Positions 31,113 to 42,215 are shown, counted from the whole stretch's first letter. The stretch: 62,537 bases of DNA, filler included, from 5 parts of 5 records of this genome joined end to end with filler, not necessarily neighbours in it; one strand, 5' to 3'. A program made the numbers and translations. Notes: generated from the sequence alone by a model not told the origin.

Positions 31113-31418
31113 TCAGCCGATCTTGGCCAAAATGTCACTTTCACGAAGAATCTTCATTTCGTGTCCGTCGACTTCGATTTCGCTTCCGCCGTACTTGCCG
31201 TAGATCACGACGTCGCCGACCGAAACGCTCAGTTCACCGCGGTTGCCGCTATCGAGCAATTTGCCAGGTCCAACAGCGACGACGGTGCCGCGTTGTGGCT
31301 TTTCTTTTGCCGAGTCGGGGAGCACGATGCCGCCAGCGGTGGTTTCTTCGGCTTCGCTGGGTTGAACCACAACGCGATCATCGAGAGGACGCAGGTTGAT
31401 TTTTTTAGCAGTGGCCAT
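31113..31418 (-). CDS. groES: Co-chaperonin GroES
   Basis: [26 protein letters not shown]. Confidence 0.97.
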   Translation of the reverse strand: MATAKKINLRPLDDRVVVQPSEAEETTAGGIVLPDSAKEKPQRGTVVAVGPGKLLDSGNRGELSVSVGDVVIYGKYGGSEIEVDGHEMKILRESDILAKIG

Positions 31419-31496
31419 GAGTTAATTCCTGTGAGTTGAAAGTTGATTTGAAATTGGGTGTGGGAAAAGGATTGAAAGAGGGACGCGGAAAGCGGC

Positions 31497-31545
31497 TTAC
31501 ATCATGCCGCCCATTCCGCCCATGCCTCCCATTCCGCCCATGCCA
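31497..31545 (-). CDS. groEL: C-terminal tail of a second GroEL (partial)
   Basis: Minus strand reads GMGGMGGMGGMGGMM*. Confidence 0.75.
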
Positions 31546-31645
31546 NNNNNNNNNNNNNNNNNNNNNNNNNNNNNNNNNNNNNNNNNNNNTTAATTAATTA
31601 ANNNNNNNNNNNNNNNNNNNNNNNNNNNNNNNNNNNNNNNNNNNN
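31546..31645. other. Artificial contig linker
   Basis: N run with TTAATTAATTAA. Confidence 0.98.
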
Positions 31646-32445
31646 ATGTCCCCCAAATGCAGGCTGGCAGAATTTGGCTCGGCGCGAATAATAATGTTCT
31701 CAAACTCTTCTACCGTCGCCAGCCGTCCTTGCGTGCTCACAGCATAGGTAAAGGGTTGATCGCTGGACACGGGCTCGGCGCCAAAACTGCCCGCCGCAAA
31801 ATTGGCATTTTGCTCGCGAATGGCTCTGGCGACGTCTGCCGGTGTCAGACCCAACTCAGCCAGTCGGTCAGGCTGAAGCCAAATACGCATGGAATAGTCG
31901 CGCGCGCCCATCAACCGCGCACTGCCAATACCCGGCAGGCGGCGCAGCTCGTCGATAACATTGAGCAGCGCATAGTTGCTTAAATAGATGGCATCGTACT
32001 GGGGCAATTCTGACGACAGCGAAAATATCATCAGGATATCGGTCGAGCGTTTATCCACCGTAATACCCAAACGCTTTACGGCCTCGGGAAGGCGGTTTTC
32101 GGCAACCGCAACACGGTTACTTACATCAATCGCAGCCTGGTCTGGGTCGGTGCCAGTCGCGAAGGTGATATTGATACTGACCCGGCCCGCCGCAGAGGCC
32201 TGGGTATTCATGTACAACATCCCTTCAACCCCGTTCAGCTCCTGCTCCAACGGGGCGGCAACGGTCTCGGCCAGGGTTTCCGCATTCGCGCCGGGATAGG
32301 CGGCGGTAACAACGATCTGTGGCGGCAGGATTTGCGGGTATAGCGAGATCGGCAACTGACCGACCGCCGTGGCACCGGCGATCAAAATTAGCAGTGACAG
32401 AACAATCGATAATACCGGCCGTTCGATGAAAAAACGCGCGCTCAT
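31646..32445 (-). CDS. RND efflux permease, AcrB/HAE1 family (N-terminal part)
   Basis: FFIERPV, YPGANAETLAETVAAPLEQ, YSMRIWL. Confidence 0.93.
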
Positions 32446-33716
32446 TGCACGACCTCACTGGCTGGCTGAGACAGTGCCCCCACTTTCAACCGGGCGGGTT
32501 GGTCTGCAAAGCGGGGCTTGGGGCCGTAGTTGTGGGCTAATTCTATTCGCTGAGGCGCCAGTAACGATGACGGTCGCACGCGCACCAAGCCTTCTACCAC
32601 CACTTCTTCACCCGCCTTTAAGCCGGCATCGACAATGCGCCCACCGTCCACTTCCAAACCGAGTCGCACCTGTCTTACCTCGGCGCGTTGCTGCGCATTC
32701 ACTACATAAACGAAGCTGCCCTTCGCATTTTGCAGCACGGCCCGTTCGGGCAACACCAGGGCATTGCGGCTGTACAACCCCTGCAATCGCACCCGCACAA
32801 ATTGCCCAGGCAGCAAGCTGCCGTCTGGGTTAGCCACGGTCGCGCGAAACTGCACGGTACCCGTACGTCGATCAATGGTGCTGTCGCTAAAATCGATATG
32901 CCCCAGGTGTGGGTGCTGCTGGTTACCGGCCGTCTCTATCATCACGGCGCGTTGGCTCTCGTCGTAACTCAACTCACCATCCTTGAGCATACGCCGCAGT
33001 AGCAGCACCATTTCATCTGGCAGGGAAATGTTTACCCACAGCGGGTCTAACTGGGTAATGGTTGTGAGCAGGCTGTTATTCGGCCCGACCAGCGAGCCCT
33101 CGGAAACCCGCTCACGACTGGTCATGCCTGATATTGGCGCCCTCACTTTGCAATAATCTACATTGATCTGCGCAGCGCGCACTTCGGCCTCTGCCAGCTG
33201 CACTGCTGCCCGGGCCTGCTCCAGCCCGGACTCGGCATCGTCCCGGTCGCGCTGGCTAATGGCGTTGCTTTGAATCAGCTCGCTGGCACGTCGCCAACGG
33301 CGCTCTGCCGACGACAAACTGGCTCGCGCGTTCGCCAGCTGAGCACGGCTACGGCTCAGCGCAACTTCAAAAGGCGCCGCATCGATCTCGTACAGTAATT
33401 GGCCCGCCTCGACCCGCGCGCCCTCGGTATAGCGACGGTGCAATAAGATGCCCTCTACCCGCGCGCGAACCTGAACCTCTTTAGAGCTTTCCATGCTGCC
33501 CGGGTACTGCCCTCCAACGGGAACATCTTCAGCTTTCAGAACGACCGTCTTCACTGGCTGTGCGCGCTCCTCTGGCGCTGGCGGTGGCGTTTTATCGCAC
33601 GCAGCAACAAGCAACAGCGTTGTTACGGCAACCAGCACGTGGCGAAAATGGCGTGAATTTCCGATGCTGAGCAGCGGCGCATAAGCGTTCATAGGGGGGA
33701 CTTCCGAGCCAATCAA
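32442..33716 (-). CDS. RND efflux periplasmic adaptor, AcrA-like lipoprotein (start may be downstream)
   Basis: Lipobox VAAC, VRARVEG, VRAPISG, LLPGQFV. Confidence 0.92.
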   Translation of the reverse strand: MIGSEVPPMNAYAPLLSIGNSRHFRHVLVAVTTLLLVAACDKTPPPAPEERAQPVKTVVLKAEDVPVGGQYPGSMESSKEVQVRARVEGILLHRRYTEGARVEAGQLLYEIDAAPFEVALSRSRAQLANARASLSSAERRWRRASELIQSNAISQRDRDDAESGLEQARAAVQLAEAEVRAAQINVDYCKVRAPISGMTSRERVSEGSLVGPNNSLLTTITQLDPLWVNISLPDEMVLLLRRMLKDGELSYDESQRAVMIETAGNQQHPHLGHIDFSDSTIDRRTGTVQFRATVANPDGSLLPGQFVRVRLQGLYSRNALVLPERAVLQNAKGSFVYVVNAQQRAEVRQVRLGLEVDGGRIVDAGLKAGEEVVVEGLVRVRPSSLLAPQRIELAHNYGPKPRFADQPARLKVGALSQPASEVVQ

Positions 33717-33720
33717 TCAG

Positions 33721-33766
33721 GCCGGGTACTTTACATACATGCGTGCACGTATGTAAAGTACCCGGC
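33721..33766. promoter_or_regulatory. TetR/AcrR-type operator palindrome
   Basis: Perfect 18-bp arms GCCGGGTACTTTACATAC / GTATGTAAAGTACCCGGC between divergent genes. Confidence 0.75.
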
Positions 33767-33804
33767 AATTACAAAACGGTTATTTTCAACGGCAAGCACA
33801 CCCT

Positions 33805-34428
33805 ATGAGACGTTCGAAAGAAGACGCGGAAGCCACCCGAGAGAGCCTGTTAGGCGCCGCCGAACAGATGTTTGCGGAACAGGGCATTCACAACACCCGG
33901 CTCAGCGATGTGGCAAAGGCAGTTGGCGTGACACGAGGGGCCATTTACTGGCACTTCAAAAATAAGGATGAATTGATCAGCGCAATCATTGACCGCCTGA
34001 GCACGCCACTGGAAACGGCGATGCAGGCACTGCTCAAGGAGGCGGCCTCGGGCACAATGACCCTGGACGCGCTGGCAGAGACCCTGGTGTTTTCTTACCA
34101 ACGCTTACTGGAAGTGCCGGCGGCAGAAAAAATCACCCGTTTCGCCATGCGCTACAGCCTCTGCAATGAATCGCCGGTTGTCAGCGCCCAGCTCACTCGA
34201 AATCGGGACCAAAATATCGCCCGGCTAACGCAGATTATCGGTTACGCGCAGCAGCACGAGCTTGTGCGCAAGGATCGCAGCGCCCGCCAATTGGCACTTT
34301 ATATTCGCGCGCACATTATGGGCATCTATCATCAACACCTGTCCTCATCGGAGCTTTACCCCAATGGACTCGAGGATATTCGCTTGTCGATCAACCTGCT
34401 GTTCGAAGGCCTGAAAGCCGACGCGTAA
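33805..34428 (+). CDS. TetR/AcrR family regulator
   Basis: MRRSKEDAEATR...GVTRGAIYWHFKNK. Confidence 0.94.
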   Translation: MRRSKEDAEATRESLLGAAEQMFAEQGIHNTRLSDVAKAVGVTRGAIYWHFKNKDELISAIIDRLSTPLETAMQALLKEAASGTMTLDALAETLVFSYQRLLEVPAAEKITRFAMRYSLCNESPVVSAQLTRNRDQNIARLTQIIGYAQQHELVRKDRSARQLALYIRAHIMGIYHQHLSSSELYPNGLEDIRLSINLLFEGLKADA

Positions 34429-34447
34429 TGTGTCGCGCCGGGGCTTG

Positions 34448-36832
34448 TTATGCCTTCCCAGGGGGCGCCGCAGCGTCCAGGCTCAATGGCAAACTGATAG
34501 TGAAAATACTGCCCTCGCCCGGGGTTGAAGAGACGGCAATTTCACCGTCGAGTTGTTGGCGAACGATACTGTAAACCAGATGCAAGCCGAGTCCAGCGCT
34601 CGCCGCATTGGAGCCGCGACGGGTAGTAAAGAACGGCTCAAATATACGCTCGCGCACCGCATCCGCCATCCCCTGACCATCATCACTGAAACGCAAAACA
34701 ACGGCTTGCTCCGCGCGCTCCACCGACAGGGTAATTCTCCCCTGCTGCCCCGCAACAAACGCGTGACTCAGCGCATTGTTCATCAAGTTGACGATAACCT
34801 GAGTCAATCCTCCCGGGACCGTTTCGATATAGATGTCGCGGGGGCACTCGAACTTCACGTCGTGTCCTGCGCGACGATAACTCGGAGACAGGTGCAGCAA
34901 CACATCGTGAAGGTAGTCATGCAAGTTAATTTGCCGGCGATCCTCGGAGGACTGGTCCACAGACACCTGCTTAAAACTGCCTATCAAATTTCCGGCACGC
35001 TGCAGGTTATCCAGCACCATGGTTGCCGCTTCATTCATGCGCAGCAAAATGGCATTGCGGCGCTGCTTGTCCGCTTCGTCAGGCACCAGCTCTGTAAAGG
35101 CCTCAAGTCGCTCCAGGTCGGCCTTAAATGTGGACTGCGCGGTGATGGCAATACCGATGGGGGTATTCAATTCATGAGCAAAACCGGCAACCATTCCGCC
35201 CAGCGCCGCCAGTTTTTCTGCTTCGACCAGCTGCCCTTGCGCATCGCGCAACTGTTTGACGGTTTCCGCCAACTCGCGCCCGGATTCATCAGAGTGATAC
35301 TTTGCCCCGGTCAACACCAGCAGCGACATCCCCAACAATCCAACAAACAATAATCCGGTGGCCAACACCCCCCAGGGCATCACCGAACGGCTGTCGACCA
35401 AGAATTGCTGATTGCCACTGATCTCGAGACGCCAGGTTTGATCGGCGAAGCCCAGCTCCCACACACGCCGAAATATCTCGCCTTTGCCATCACTCTCGCG
35501 GCCATCTGCGGCAAAAAGCAGCTGGGGCTTGCTTTCAGCACTCAATAGCCGCAGGGAAATGCCCTGCAAACTCTCGCCCTGTAGGGCCGCGGACATCAAA
35601 TCCCCCAGGCGAAACACGCCGGCAACATAGCCTTCCAACGCCCCATTTTTTATCACCGGGAAATAGACAACCTCGCCCAGCTGTTGCCCCCGCTCTTGTA
35701 TCAAGCGTATCGGCGCTGTCGCCGAGGGCTCACCACTGGTGGCGGCCTTCATTAAGGCATTGCGGGCAATCGGATTAGAGCTGATATCGTAGCCATAGGC
35801 ACGGCGGTTGTTGCTTAGCGGTTGTATATAGCGAATCACCACATAACTTTCGCGGCGCGACGCCCGCATCCGCGTGCCATTGCGATCGACCTCCGTAAAC
35901 ACCACGGGCTCGCCAAGCTCCTGGCTCATTAGGCGCTCGAGCTCACCCCTTTCTGAATGAGCTATCACCCGATTCCAGGCAATACCCTGGAAGCCAGGGT
36001 TGCGCTGCAAGGCCCCCTGAACAAAACGCCTGAAGTCCTCCGGCGTCACCTCAGATGACGACACAAAGAACGCCTGCGCCGCGTACAAGCTCTCAAAATA
36101 ACTGTTCAACACCGCATCGCTACGCTGATACAGCTGCCCTGCGTGTCGCTCAAAGGCCGTTTCCTGACGAGCCAGCTCCCAACGGCTGGCAAATACATAT
36201 AAAAGAACAATGACAACAGATGCCAGCAATAGCACCCAAGGCAGCACACGGTTTCGACTTCGCCAAATTCCTCTGGGCTGGGCTCGGTAGACAAATATCA
36301 ACGGGGCCACCAGCATCACCCCGAGGCCGTCCCCCACCCACCAGGTAAACCAGTTGTAGGGAATGTTTCCTGCCGCTAGCGCGCCAGCCTGCCACAGTGC
36401 CGCAGTCCCCACACTGGCGTTGAGCATGCTGCCACCGCCGCACACCAACACAATAAACTTCAGCACATCGCTACTGGTATCCAGGGTGATGGGGTAACCA
36501 ATGAAGCGGCGCAACAAATACACCGACACCACTGCCTGCAAGGCGGCACCCAGCGCAATAATAAAAGGCAGCTGGGCGGACGCTGCCCACACCGCTATGC
36601 CTTCCCCCCACACCAGAGCCCCGTAGCTATTTACCGCGAACGAGCCCAGCGCGACAGCAGGCCAAAATCGGTAGCCGTGCAGGAGTATCACCACCAGCGC
36701 AATACCCGCCGAGGGCCAAATCGCCGTGGCATACCCAGGCGGGATCGCCAGCAACAATGCCAAGCGCCCAGCTAGAAAATAGCCGAGCGCCGTGAGCACG
36801 AAGACCTGCAGCGACGCTTTAGATATCTGCAT
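34448..36832 (-). CDS. MASE1-CHASE sensor histidine kinase
   Basis: IWPSAG and WWVGDGLG (MASE1), AYGYDI (CHASE), AHELNTP, FFTT, GLGL. Confidence 0.9.
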   Translation of the reverse strand: MQISKASLQVFVLTALGYFLAGRLALLLAIPPGYATAIWPSAGIALVVILLHGYRFWPAVALGSFAVNSYGALVWGEGIAVWAASAQLPFIIALGAALQAVVSVYLLRRFIGYPITLDTSSDVLKFIVLVCGGGSMLNASVGTAALWQAGALAAGNIPYNWFTWWVGDGLGVMLVAPLIFVYRAQPRGIWRSRNRVLPWVLLLASVVIVLLYVFASRWELARQETAFERHAGQLYQRSDAVLNSYFESLYAAQAFFVSSSEVTPEDFRRFVQGALQRNPGFQGIAWNRVIAHSERGELERLMSQELGEPVVFTEVDRNGTRMRASRRESYVVIRYIQPLSNNRRAYGYDISSNPIARNALMKAATSGEPSATAPIRLIQERGQQLGEVVYFPVIKNGALEGYVAGVFRLGDLMSAALQGESLQGISLRLLSAESKPQLLFAADGRESDGKGEIFRRVWELGFADQTWRLEISGNQQFLVDSRSVMPWGVLATGLLFVGLLGMSLLVLTGAKYHSDESGRELAETVKQLRDAQGQLVEAEKLAALGGMVAGFAHELNTPIGIAITAQSTFKADLERLEAFTELVPDEADKQRRNAILLRMNEAATMVLDNLQRAGNLIGSFKQVSVDQSSEDRRQINLHDYLHDVLLHLSPSYRRAGHDVKFECPRDIYIETVPGGLTQVIVNLMNNALSHAFVAGQQGRITLSVERAEQAVVLRFSDDGQGMADAVRERIFEPFFTTRRGSNAASAGLGLHLVYSIVRQQLDGEIAVSSTPGEGSIFTISLPLSLDAAAPPGKA

Positions 36833-37192
36833 TAGATGTCTGCACGTTGAGCGCTCAGACGCATGATTGACCTTCCTCCTACCGCGCACGCGGCAATGCC
36901 GCTGGCGCCGAGCTTTCGCCCACCACAAACCGTTAATACAACCGTAGTCTAGAGAAAAGCCCCCAGCGAACTAATAGGTAAATTCGCTTAAAACACCCTC
37001 GGGGGTATCGACATCGAGGATCGACGCCATCAGCCAAATGAATTAGGCCATAATGAAAATTTATAACAAATTGAAGCAATTAGCTTAAATTAGCGCACTG
37101 CGGTTTTATCGCTTCTTGGCGCTCAATGTAATATGCTATGCCGCTTTTACAAAACGCAACACCAAACCAAAATCAACAATGGATCTTTAAAG

Positions 37193-38326
37193 ATGCTCTT
37201 AGGAATTCCAAAAGAACTCGCCTCTGGGGAGAATCGAGTTGCGATCATTCCGAGCGACGCCAAGAAATTGGTCCGCGCGGGAGCCGCAGTTCAGATTGAA
37301 GCGGGGCTCGGCTTGGGCAGCGGTTTTAGCGATCAGGAATACGTCGATGCCGGCGCAACCGTTGTCGCAGACCGCAATGCGGTACTCTCTTCAGCAGACG
37401 TTGTCTTGCGCATTAGCAAGCCCTCTATTGAAGAAATCAAGCAACTCAAAGCCGGCTGCATTCACGTCAGCTATCTGGACCCTTTCAACGAGCACGAGCT
37501 GATTAAGGCCTTCCGCGACCAGCAAGTGACGGCGATCAGCATGGAAATGATTCCACGCAGCACGCGCTCACAAAAAATGGACGCGCTCAGCTCCCAGGCC
37601 AGCCTGGCTGGTTATGTGATGGTGCTGCTGGCAACCACTAAACTGCCACGTATCCTGCCAATGATGATGACGCCAGCCGGTACATTGAAGCCCGCTACCG
37701 TATTCATCATCGGTGCCGGTGTTGCCGGTCTGCAAGCCATTGCCACCGCAAAACGCCTGGGCGCCAAAGTCGTTGCCTTTGATACCCGCGACGTCGTTGC
37801 CGAGCAAGTTCGCTCGCTGGGCGGCAAGTTCCTCGAAATCGACCTCGGTGAAACCGGGCAAACCAAAGATGGTTATGCCGTCGAGCTCACTGAAGAGCAG
37901 CGTCAACTGCAGCTCGAAGGTCAGAAGAAACAGATTGCCGAGTCCGACATCGTTATCACCACTGCCCAGGTATTCGGTCGCAAGCCGCCTGTACTGGTCA
38001 CCAAAGACATGGTTGCTGGCATGAAGCCCGGCAGCGTGATTGTCGATATGGCCGCAGAAACCGGCGGTAACGTCGAGGGCTCTGTAGCCGGCGAAACCGT
38101 TGAAGTGGACGGCGTAACAATCATTGGTAATGGCAACTGGGCTAACTACGTTAGCCGCGACGCCAGCCAAATGTACTCATCCAACCTTTTCAACTTGGTT
38201 GACGAAGGCTGGGACAAAGAAAAACAAGCGATGGTTATCGACTTCGAAAACGACATTCTGCAGGGCTGTGTGATTACTCACAGCGGCGAAATCGTTAACG
38301 ACACCATCAAAAACCTGATTAAGTAG
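37193..38326 (+). CDS. pntA: NAD(P) transhydrogenase alpha subunit part 1
   Basis: GIPKE..ENRVA, MDALSSQ, GAGVAGLQAIATA. Confidence 0.95.
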   Translation: MLLGIPKELASGENRVAIIPSDAKKLVRAGAAVQIEAGLGLGSGFSDQEYVDAGATVVADRNAVLSSADVVLRISKPSIEEIKQLKAGCIHVSYLDPFNEHELIKAFRDQQVTAISMEMIPRSTRSQKMDALSSQASLAGYVMVLLATTKLPRILPMMMTPAGTLKPATVFIIGAGVAGLQAIATAKRLGAKVVAFDTRDVVAEQVRSLGGKFLEIDLGETGQTKDGYAVELTEEQRQLQLEGQKKQIAESDIVITTAQVFGRKPPVLVTKDMVAGMKPGSVIVDMAAETGGNVEGSVAGETVEVDGVTIIGNGNWANYVSRDASQMYSSNLFNLVDEGWDKEKQAMVIDFENDILQGCVITHSGEIVNDTIKNLIK

Positions 38327-38335
38327 GAGACAAAG

Positions 38336-38620
38336 ATGGAAATTGTATTTCTTGCTTTCATCTTGATGCTGTCGATATTTCTCGGCTTCGAGCTGATCAA
38401 CAAAGTACCCGCAACGCTGCACACTCCGCTGATGTCGGGCTCAAACGCTATTTCCGGGATCACCCTGGTCGGTGCACTGACCTCAGCTGGTGCCGAGCAC
38501 ACTCAGCTGGCAACCATTCTTGGTACTGCCGCTGTCGCGTTTGCCACCATCAACGTTATCGGCGGCTATATGGTTACCGACCGTATGCTGGCCATGTTTA
38601 AGAAAAAAGAGGACGCATAA
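38336..38620 (+). CDS. pntA: NAD(P) transhydrogenase alpha subunit part 2
   Basis: LHTPLMSGSNAISG. Confidence 0.94.
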   Translation: MEIVFLAFILMLSIFLGFELINKVPATLHTPLMSGSNAISGITLVGALTSAGAEHTQLATILGTAAVAFATINVIGGYMVTDRMLAMFKKKEDA

Positions 38621-38623
38621 ACC

Positions 38624-39255
38624 ATGGGTACTGAATTGCTGGTCAATCTGTCCTATGTGGCAGCGGCCGTACTGTTTATTTTTGGCCTTAAAATGCTGGG
38701 CTCACCCGCCACAGCACGTAAAGGTAACCTTGTATCAGCGGTAGGTATGTTTATCGCTGTGGTCGTCACCCTGCTCGACCAAAGCATTATCGATTACAAG
38801 TGGATCGCCGTTGGTATCGCCGTTGGCGGTATTATCGGCGCCGTTGTTGCGCGCTCTGTCGCCATGACGTCAATGCCTGAGATGGTTGCGCTGTTTAACG
38901 GCTTTGGCGGTATCGCCAGTTTGCTGGTTGGCTGGGCCGCTCTGTACGGCATGGACGCTAGCACCTTCCAAATGGTCACTATCGTTCTGTCGATCCTGAT
39001 CGGTGGCATCACTTTCACTGGCTCTTTGATTGCCTACGGCAAGCTGAGCGAGAGAATGCCTGGGCGCCCACTGGTATTTGCTGGCCAGCGCTTTTTCAAC
39101 ATCGCGCTGATTATCGCCATCATTGCTTGCTCAGTATTGTTTGCCATGAACCCCGACGTAAGCCTTTACCTCTACTTGGTAATTGGCCTGTCGTGTTTGC
39201 TGGGTGTCATGCTGGTAATCCCCATCGGCGGTGCCGATATGCCAGTGGTTATCTC
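38624..39255 (+). CDS. pntB: NAD(P) transhydrogenase beta subunit (partial)
   Basis: MTSMPEMVALFNGFGG, IGGADMPVVI. Confidence 0.95.
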
Positions 39256-39355
39256 NNNNNNNNNNNNNNNNNNNNNNNNNNNNNNNNNNNNNNNNNNNNT
39301 TAATTAATTAANNNNNNNNNNNNNNNNNNNNNNNNNNNNNNNNNNNNNNNNNNNN
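39256..39355. other. Artificial contig linker
   Basis: N run with TTAATTAATTAA. Confidence 0.98.
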
Positions 39356-39438
39356 CGGAAGATACCCTCGCGCTGCATCTTTTTCTTCAGAGCGCGGAGA
39401 GCCTGGTCGACATTATTGTCGCGGACAAGTACTTGCAC
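39356..39438 (-). CDS. rpsU: 30S ribosomal protein S21 (N-terminal part; not in ORF track)
   Basis: Manual translation from [30 protein letters not shown]. Confidence 0.92.
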
Positions 39439-39804
39439 GTGAATCCCGTTCCTTTAACGTTGTTGTTGGCGGCCTGAGCAAGTCTCGCGCGTCAGGCATC
39501 AAACATAAGCTTCGCAAAGCGCTCGCTTTGCAACTTGCGCCGCCAATAACAGATCGTGCCGCGCGAGTCCAGTGCCGGTTTTCGCTGCATGACCATATAT
39601 CGAAGACTTCCGGTAAAATAGAGGAATAACACCGGATATTCAATTGCAAAGGTCGGGAAAAAATACGGCATTCCGGCTTCGAAACGCCGGGTTGGAAGCA
39701 GATCGCAAAGCCGTCGCGAAAAAGGTCATTGTACCATTTGACGATTTGCGATTTCATGGTTGTCCAGCGCCGCTGGAAAGAAACGCGACCAAGGAAGTTG
39801 AACG

Positions 39805-41058
39805 ATGCGCAGATATTCCGTTTTTGCTCTGGCACGCGAAGCGCTCAGACATCACAAGGGCTGGGAAAAGCACTGGACGTCACCGGAACCGAAGCCGGAG
39901 TATGATGTCATCATCATCGGTGGCGGTGGTCATGGCATTGGTGCGGCCTATTATCTGGCTAAAGAGCATGGAATTACCAATATCGCCGTATTGGAAAAAG
40001 GCTGGATCGGCGGCGGAAATACAGGGCGCAACACGACGATTGTGCGTTCCAACTATCTCTACGGCGAAAGCATGGATATCTATGAGCATTCGCTTAAGCT
40101 TTGGGAAAATCTTTCCATCGATCTGAACTATAATGTCATGTACTCGCCGCGCGGTGTCCTGATGCTGTCGCATAACGATCATGATCGCCAGTCCTTCAAG
40201 CGGCATGTTCATGCCAATCGGCTTTACGGCATCGATAATGAATGGCTGACGCCTGAACAGGCGAAGGACTACTGTCCACCGCTCGATATTGCCAAAACTG
40301 CGCGTTATCCAGTCAACGGTGCAGCCTTGCAGCGGCGCGCCGGAACAGCCAGGCATGATGCTGTTGTCTGGGGCTATGGCCGGGCAGCATCGGATTACGG
40401 CGTTCATATCATCCAGAATTGCGAAGTTAAAGCGATCAGGCGCGGGCCGGATGGGGCGGTCAGCGGTGTCGAGACATCGCGAGGTTTCATCGGAGCAGGG
40501 AAGATCGGTGTTTCGGCTTCTGGTCACAACTCGGTTGTCATGTCTATGGCAGATGTCCGTCTGCCGCTGGAAAGCCAGCCTTTGCAGGCACTTGTCTCAG
40601 AACCGCTGAAGCCGGTTTTCCCCTGTGTCGTCATGTCCAATACAGTTCATGCCTATATCTCTCAGTCGGACAAGGGTGAACTGGTGATCGGAGCCGGTAC
40701 AGACCAGTACAACTCATACTCACAGACCGGTGGATTGCAGATCATCACACATACACTGGATGCGATCTGTGAGTTGTTTCCGATGTTCCGGCGCGTGAAA
40801 ATGATGCGCCAGTGGGGGGGCATCACCGACAACACACCGGATCGTTCCCCGATTCAGAGCGTCACGCCGGTGCCCAACCTGTTTGTGAATTGTGGCTGGG
40901 GCACTGGTGGCTTCAAGGCGACGCCTGGTTCTGCGCATCTTTTCGCCCACCTGATTGCCAAAGGTGAACCACACAGACTGGCATCCGGCCTGACTCTGGA
41001 TCGATATCGCACTGGCCGTCTCATCGATGAGGCCGCTGCTGCCGCCGTAGCTCATTGA
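39805..41058 (+). CDS. soxB: Sarcosine oxidase beta subunit
   Basis: GGGNTGRNTTIVRSNY, ARHDAV, GWGTGGFKATP. Confidence 0.95.
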   Translation: MRRYSVFALAREALRHHKGWEKHWTSPEPKPEYDVIIIGGGGHGIGAAYYLAKEHGITNIAVLEKGWIGGGNTGRNTTIVRSNYLYGESMDIYEHSLKLWENLSIDLNYNVMYSPRGVLMLSHNDHDRQSFKRHVHANRLYGIDNEWLTPEQAKDYCPPLDIAKTARYPVNGAALQRRAGTARHDAVVWGYGRAASDYGVHIIQNCEVKAIRRGPDGAVSGVETSRGFIGAGKIGVSASGHNSVVMSMADVRLPLESQPLQALVSEPLKPVFPCVVMSNTVHAYISQSDKGELVIGAGTDQYNSYSQTGGLQIITHTLDAICELFPMFRRVKMMRQWGGITDNTPDRSPIQSVTPVPNLFVNCGWGTGGFKATPGSAHLFAHLIAKGEPHRLASGLTLDRYRTGRLIDEAAAAAVAH

Positions 41059-41066
41059 GGTTTATC

Positions 41067-41903
41067 ATGCTCTGGAACGTGAATTCAAAAGCAGAAACGA
41101 GTGCAGGAACAGTGGCCTGGGGCAAAGCGGGCGAGGGGCCGCCTCTGGTCTTGGCGCATGGCTGGCCGTGGTCATCGTTTGCCTGGCATCGCATCCTCCT
41201 GCCACTTTCGCATGTCTACACTGTTTATTGGTACGATATGCCAGGCTTCGGTCGTTCAGCCAAAAATCCGGATCAGCCGACCGGCCTTGATGTGCAGGGG
41301 CTGGTTTTCAAGGAGATGCTGGAGTTCTGGCAGCTCAGATCTCCGGCTGTATTCGCGCATGATTTCGGTGGCGCGGTGACGCTTAGGGCGCATCTTCTGC
41401 ATGGCGTTGCCTATGAAGAACTGGTGCTGATGAATGTTGTGGCGCTCAGTCCGTGGGGATCGGATTTCTTCGATCACGTTGGCCGCCACATCGACGCCTT
41501 CACACCGCTGCCATTGAACATTCATGCGGCCATCGTCGAGGCATACATCCGCGGCGCGCTGGCCGATGACATTGACCAGCAGGATCTGCATGATCTGGTT
41601 TCGCCGTGGCTGACGCCAGAGGGACAAGTGAGTTTCTACCGCCAATTTGCGCAGGCCGATGATCGTTTTACAGACGAGATTACCGATAAATTCGACAAGC
41701 TCGATTGCCCGGTGACATTGCTTTGGGGCGAGAAGGATCCCTGGATACCGCTGGAGCGGGGACGGACCTTGGCCGACAGGATCGGCACGCCGTTGCACCC
41801 GCTGAAAGGGGCGGGACATCTGCCACAGCTGGAGGCGCCGCGTGATCTGCTTCAAATGATTGTTTCGCTGCCGGGAGCGCTTCCCGAACTGGAGAAAGTC
41901 TGA
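41067..41903 (+). CDS. Alpha/beta hydrolase (Asp nucleophile type)
   Basis: HGWPW, DMPGFGRS, AHDFGG, WGEKD, GHL. Confidence 0.88.
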   Translation: MLWNVNSKAETSAGTVAWGKAGEGPPLVLAHGWPWSSFAWHRILLPLSHVYTVYWYDMPGFGRSAKNPDQPTGLDVQGLVFKEMLEFWQLRSPAVFAHDFGGAVTLRAHLLHGVAYEELVLMNVVALSPWGSDFFDHVGRHIDAFTPLPLNIHAAIVEAYIRGALADDIDQQDLHDLVSPWLTPEGQVSFYRQFAQADDRFTDEITDKFDKLDCPVTLLWGEKDPWIPLERGRTLADRIGTPLHPLKGAGHLPQLEAPRDLLQMIVSLPGALPELEKV

Positions 41904-41906
41904 ATC

Positions 41907-42215
41907 ATGCTGCTGATCCATTGTCCGTACTGCCAGGAAGCGCGCAGCGAACTCGAGTTTGCCGCCGCCGGTGAGGCGCATATCGCCCGACCATCGAATA
42001 TTATGGAAATTTCAGACGAGGATTTTGCGGCCTATTTCTTTCTGCGGACCAATCCAAAGGGGCTGCACTTCGAGCGCTGGCGCCATATTCATGGTTGCGG
42101 GCGTTTTTTCAATGCTGTTCGTGATACGGTTTCAGACCGTTTCATCAAAACCTACAAAACGGGTGAACCCAGGCCTGATCCTGCTGAACTGACAGTAGAG
42201 GAGATGGGCGGATGA
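41907..42215 (+). CDS. soxD: Sarcosine oxidase delta subunit
   Basis: CPYC..RSELEF, ERWRHIHGC. Confidence 0.95.
   Translation: MLLIHCPYCQEARSELEFAAAGEAHIARPSNIMEISDEDFAAYFFLRTNPKGLHFERWRHIHGCGRFFNAVRDTVSDRFIKTYKTGEPRPDPAELTVEEMGG

Noticed and set aside
37193-39255. Split pntA as a frameshift or pseudogene
   Set aside because: Three-subunit transhydrogenases are well known, and each part has its own start
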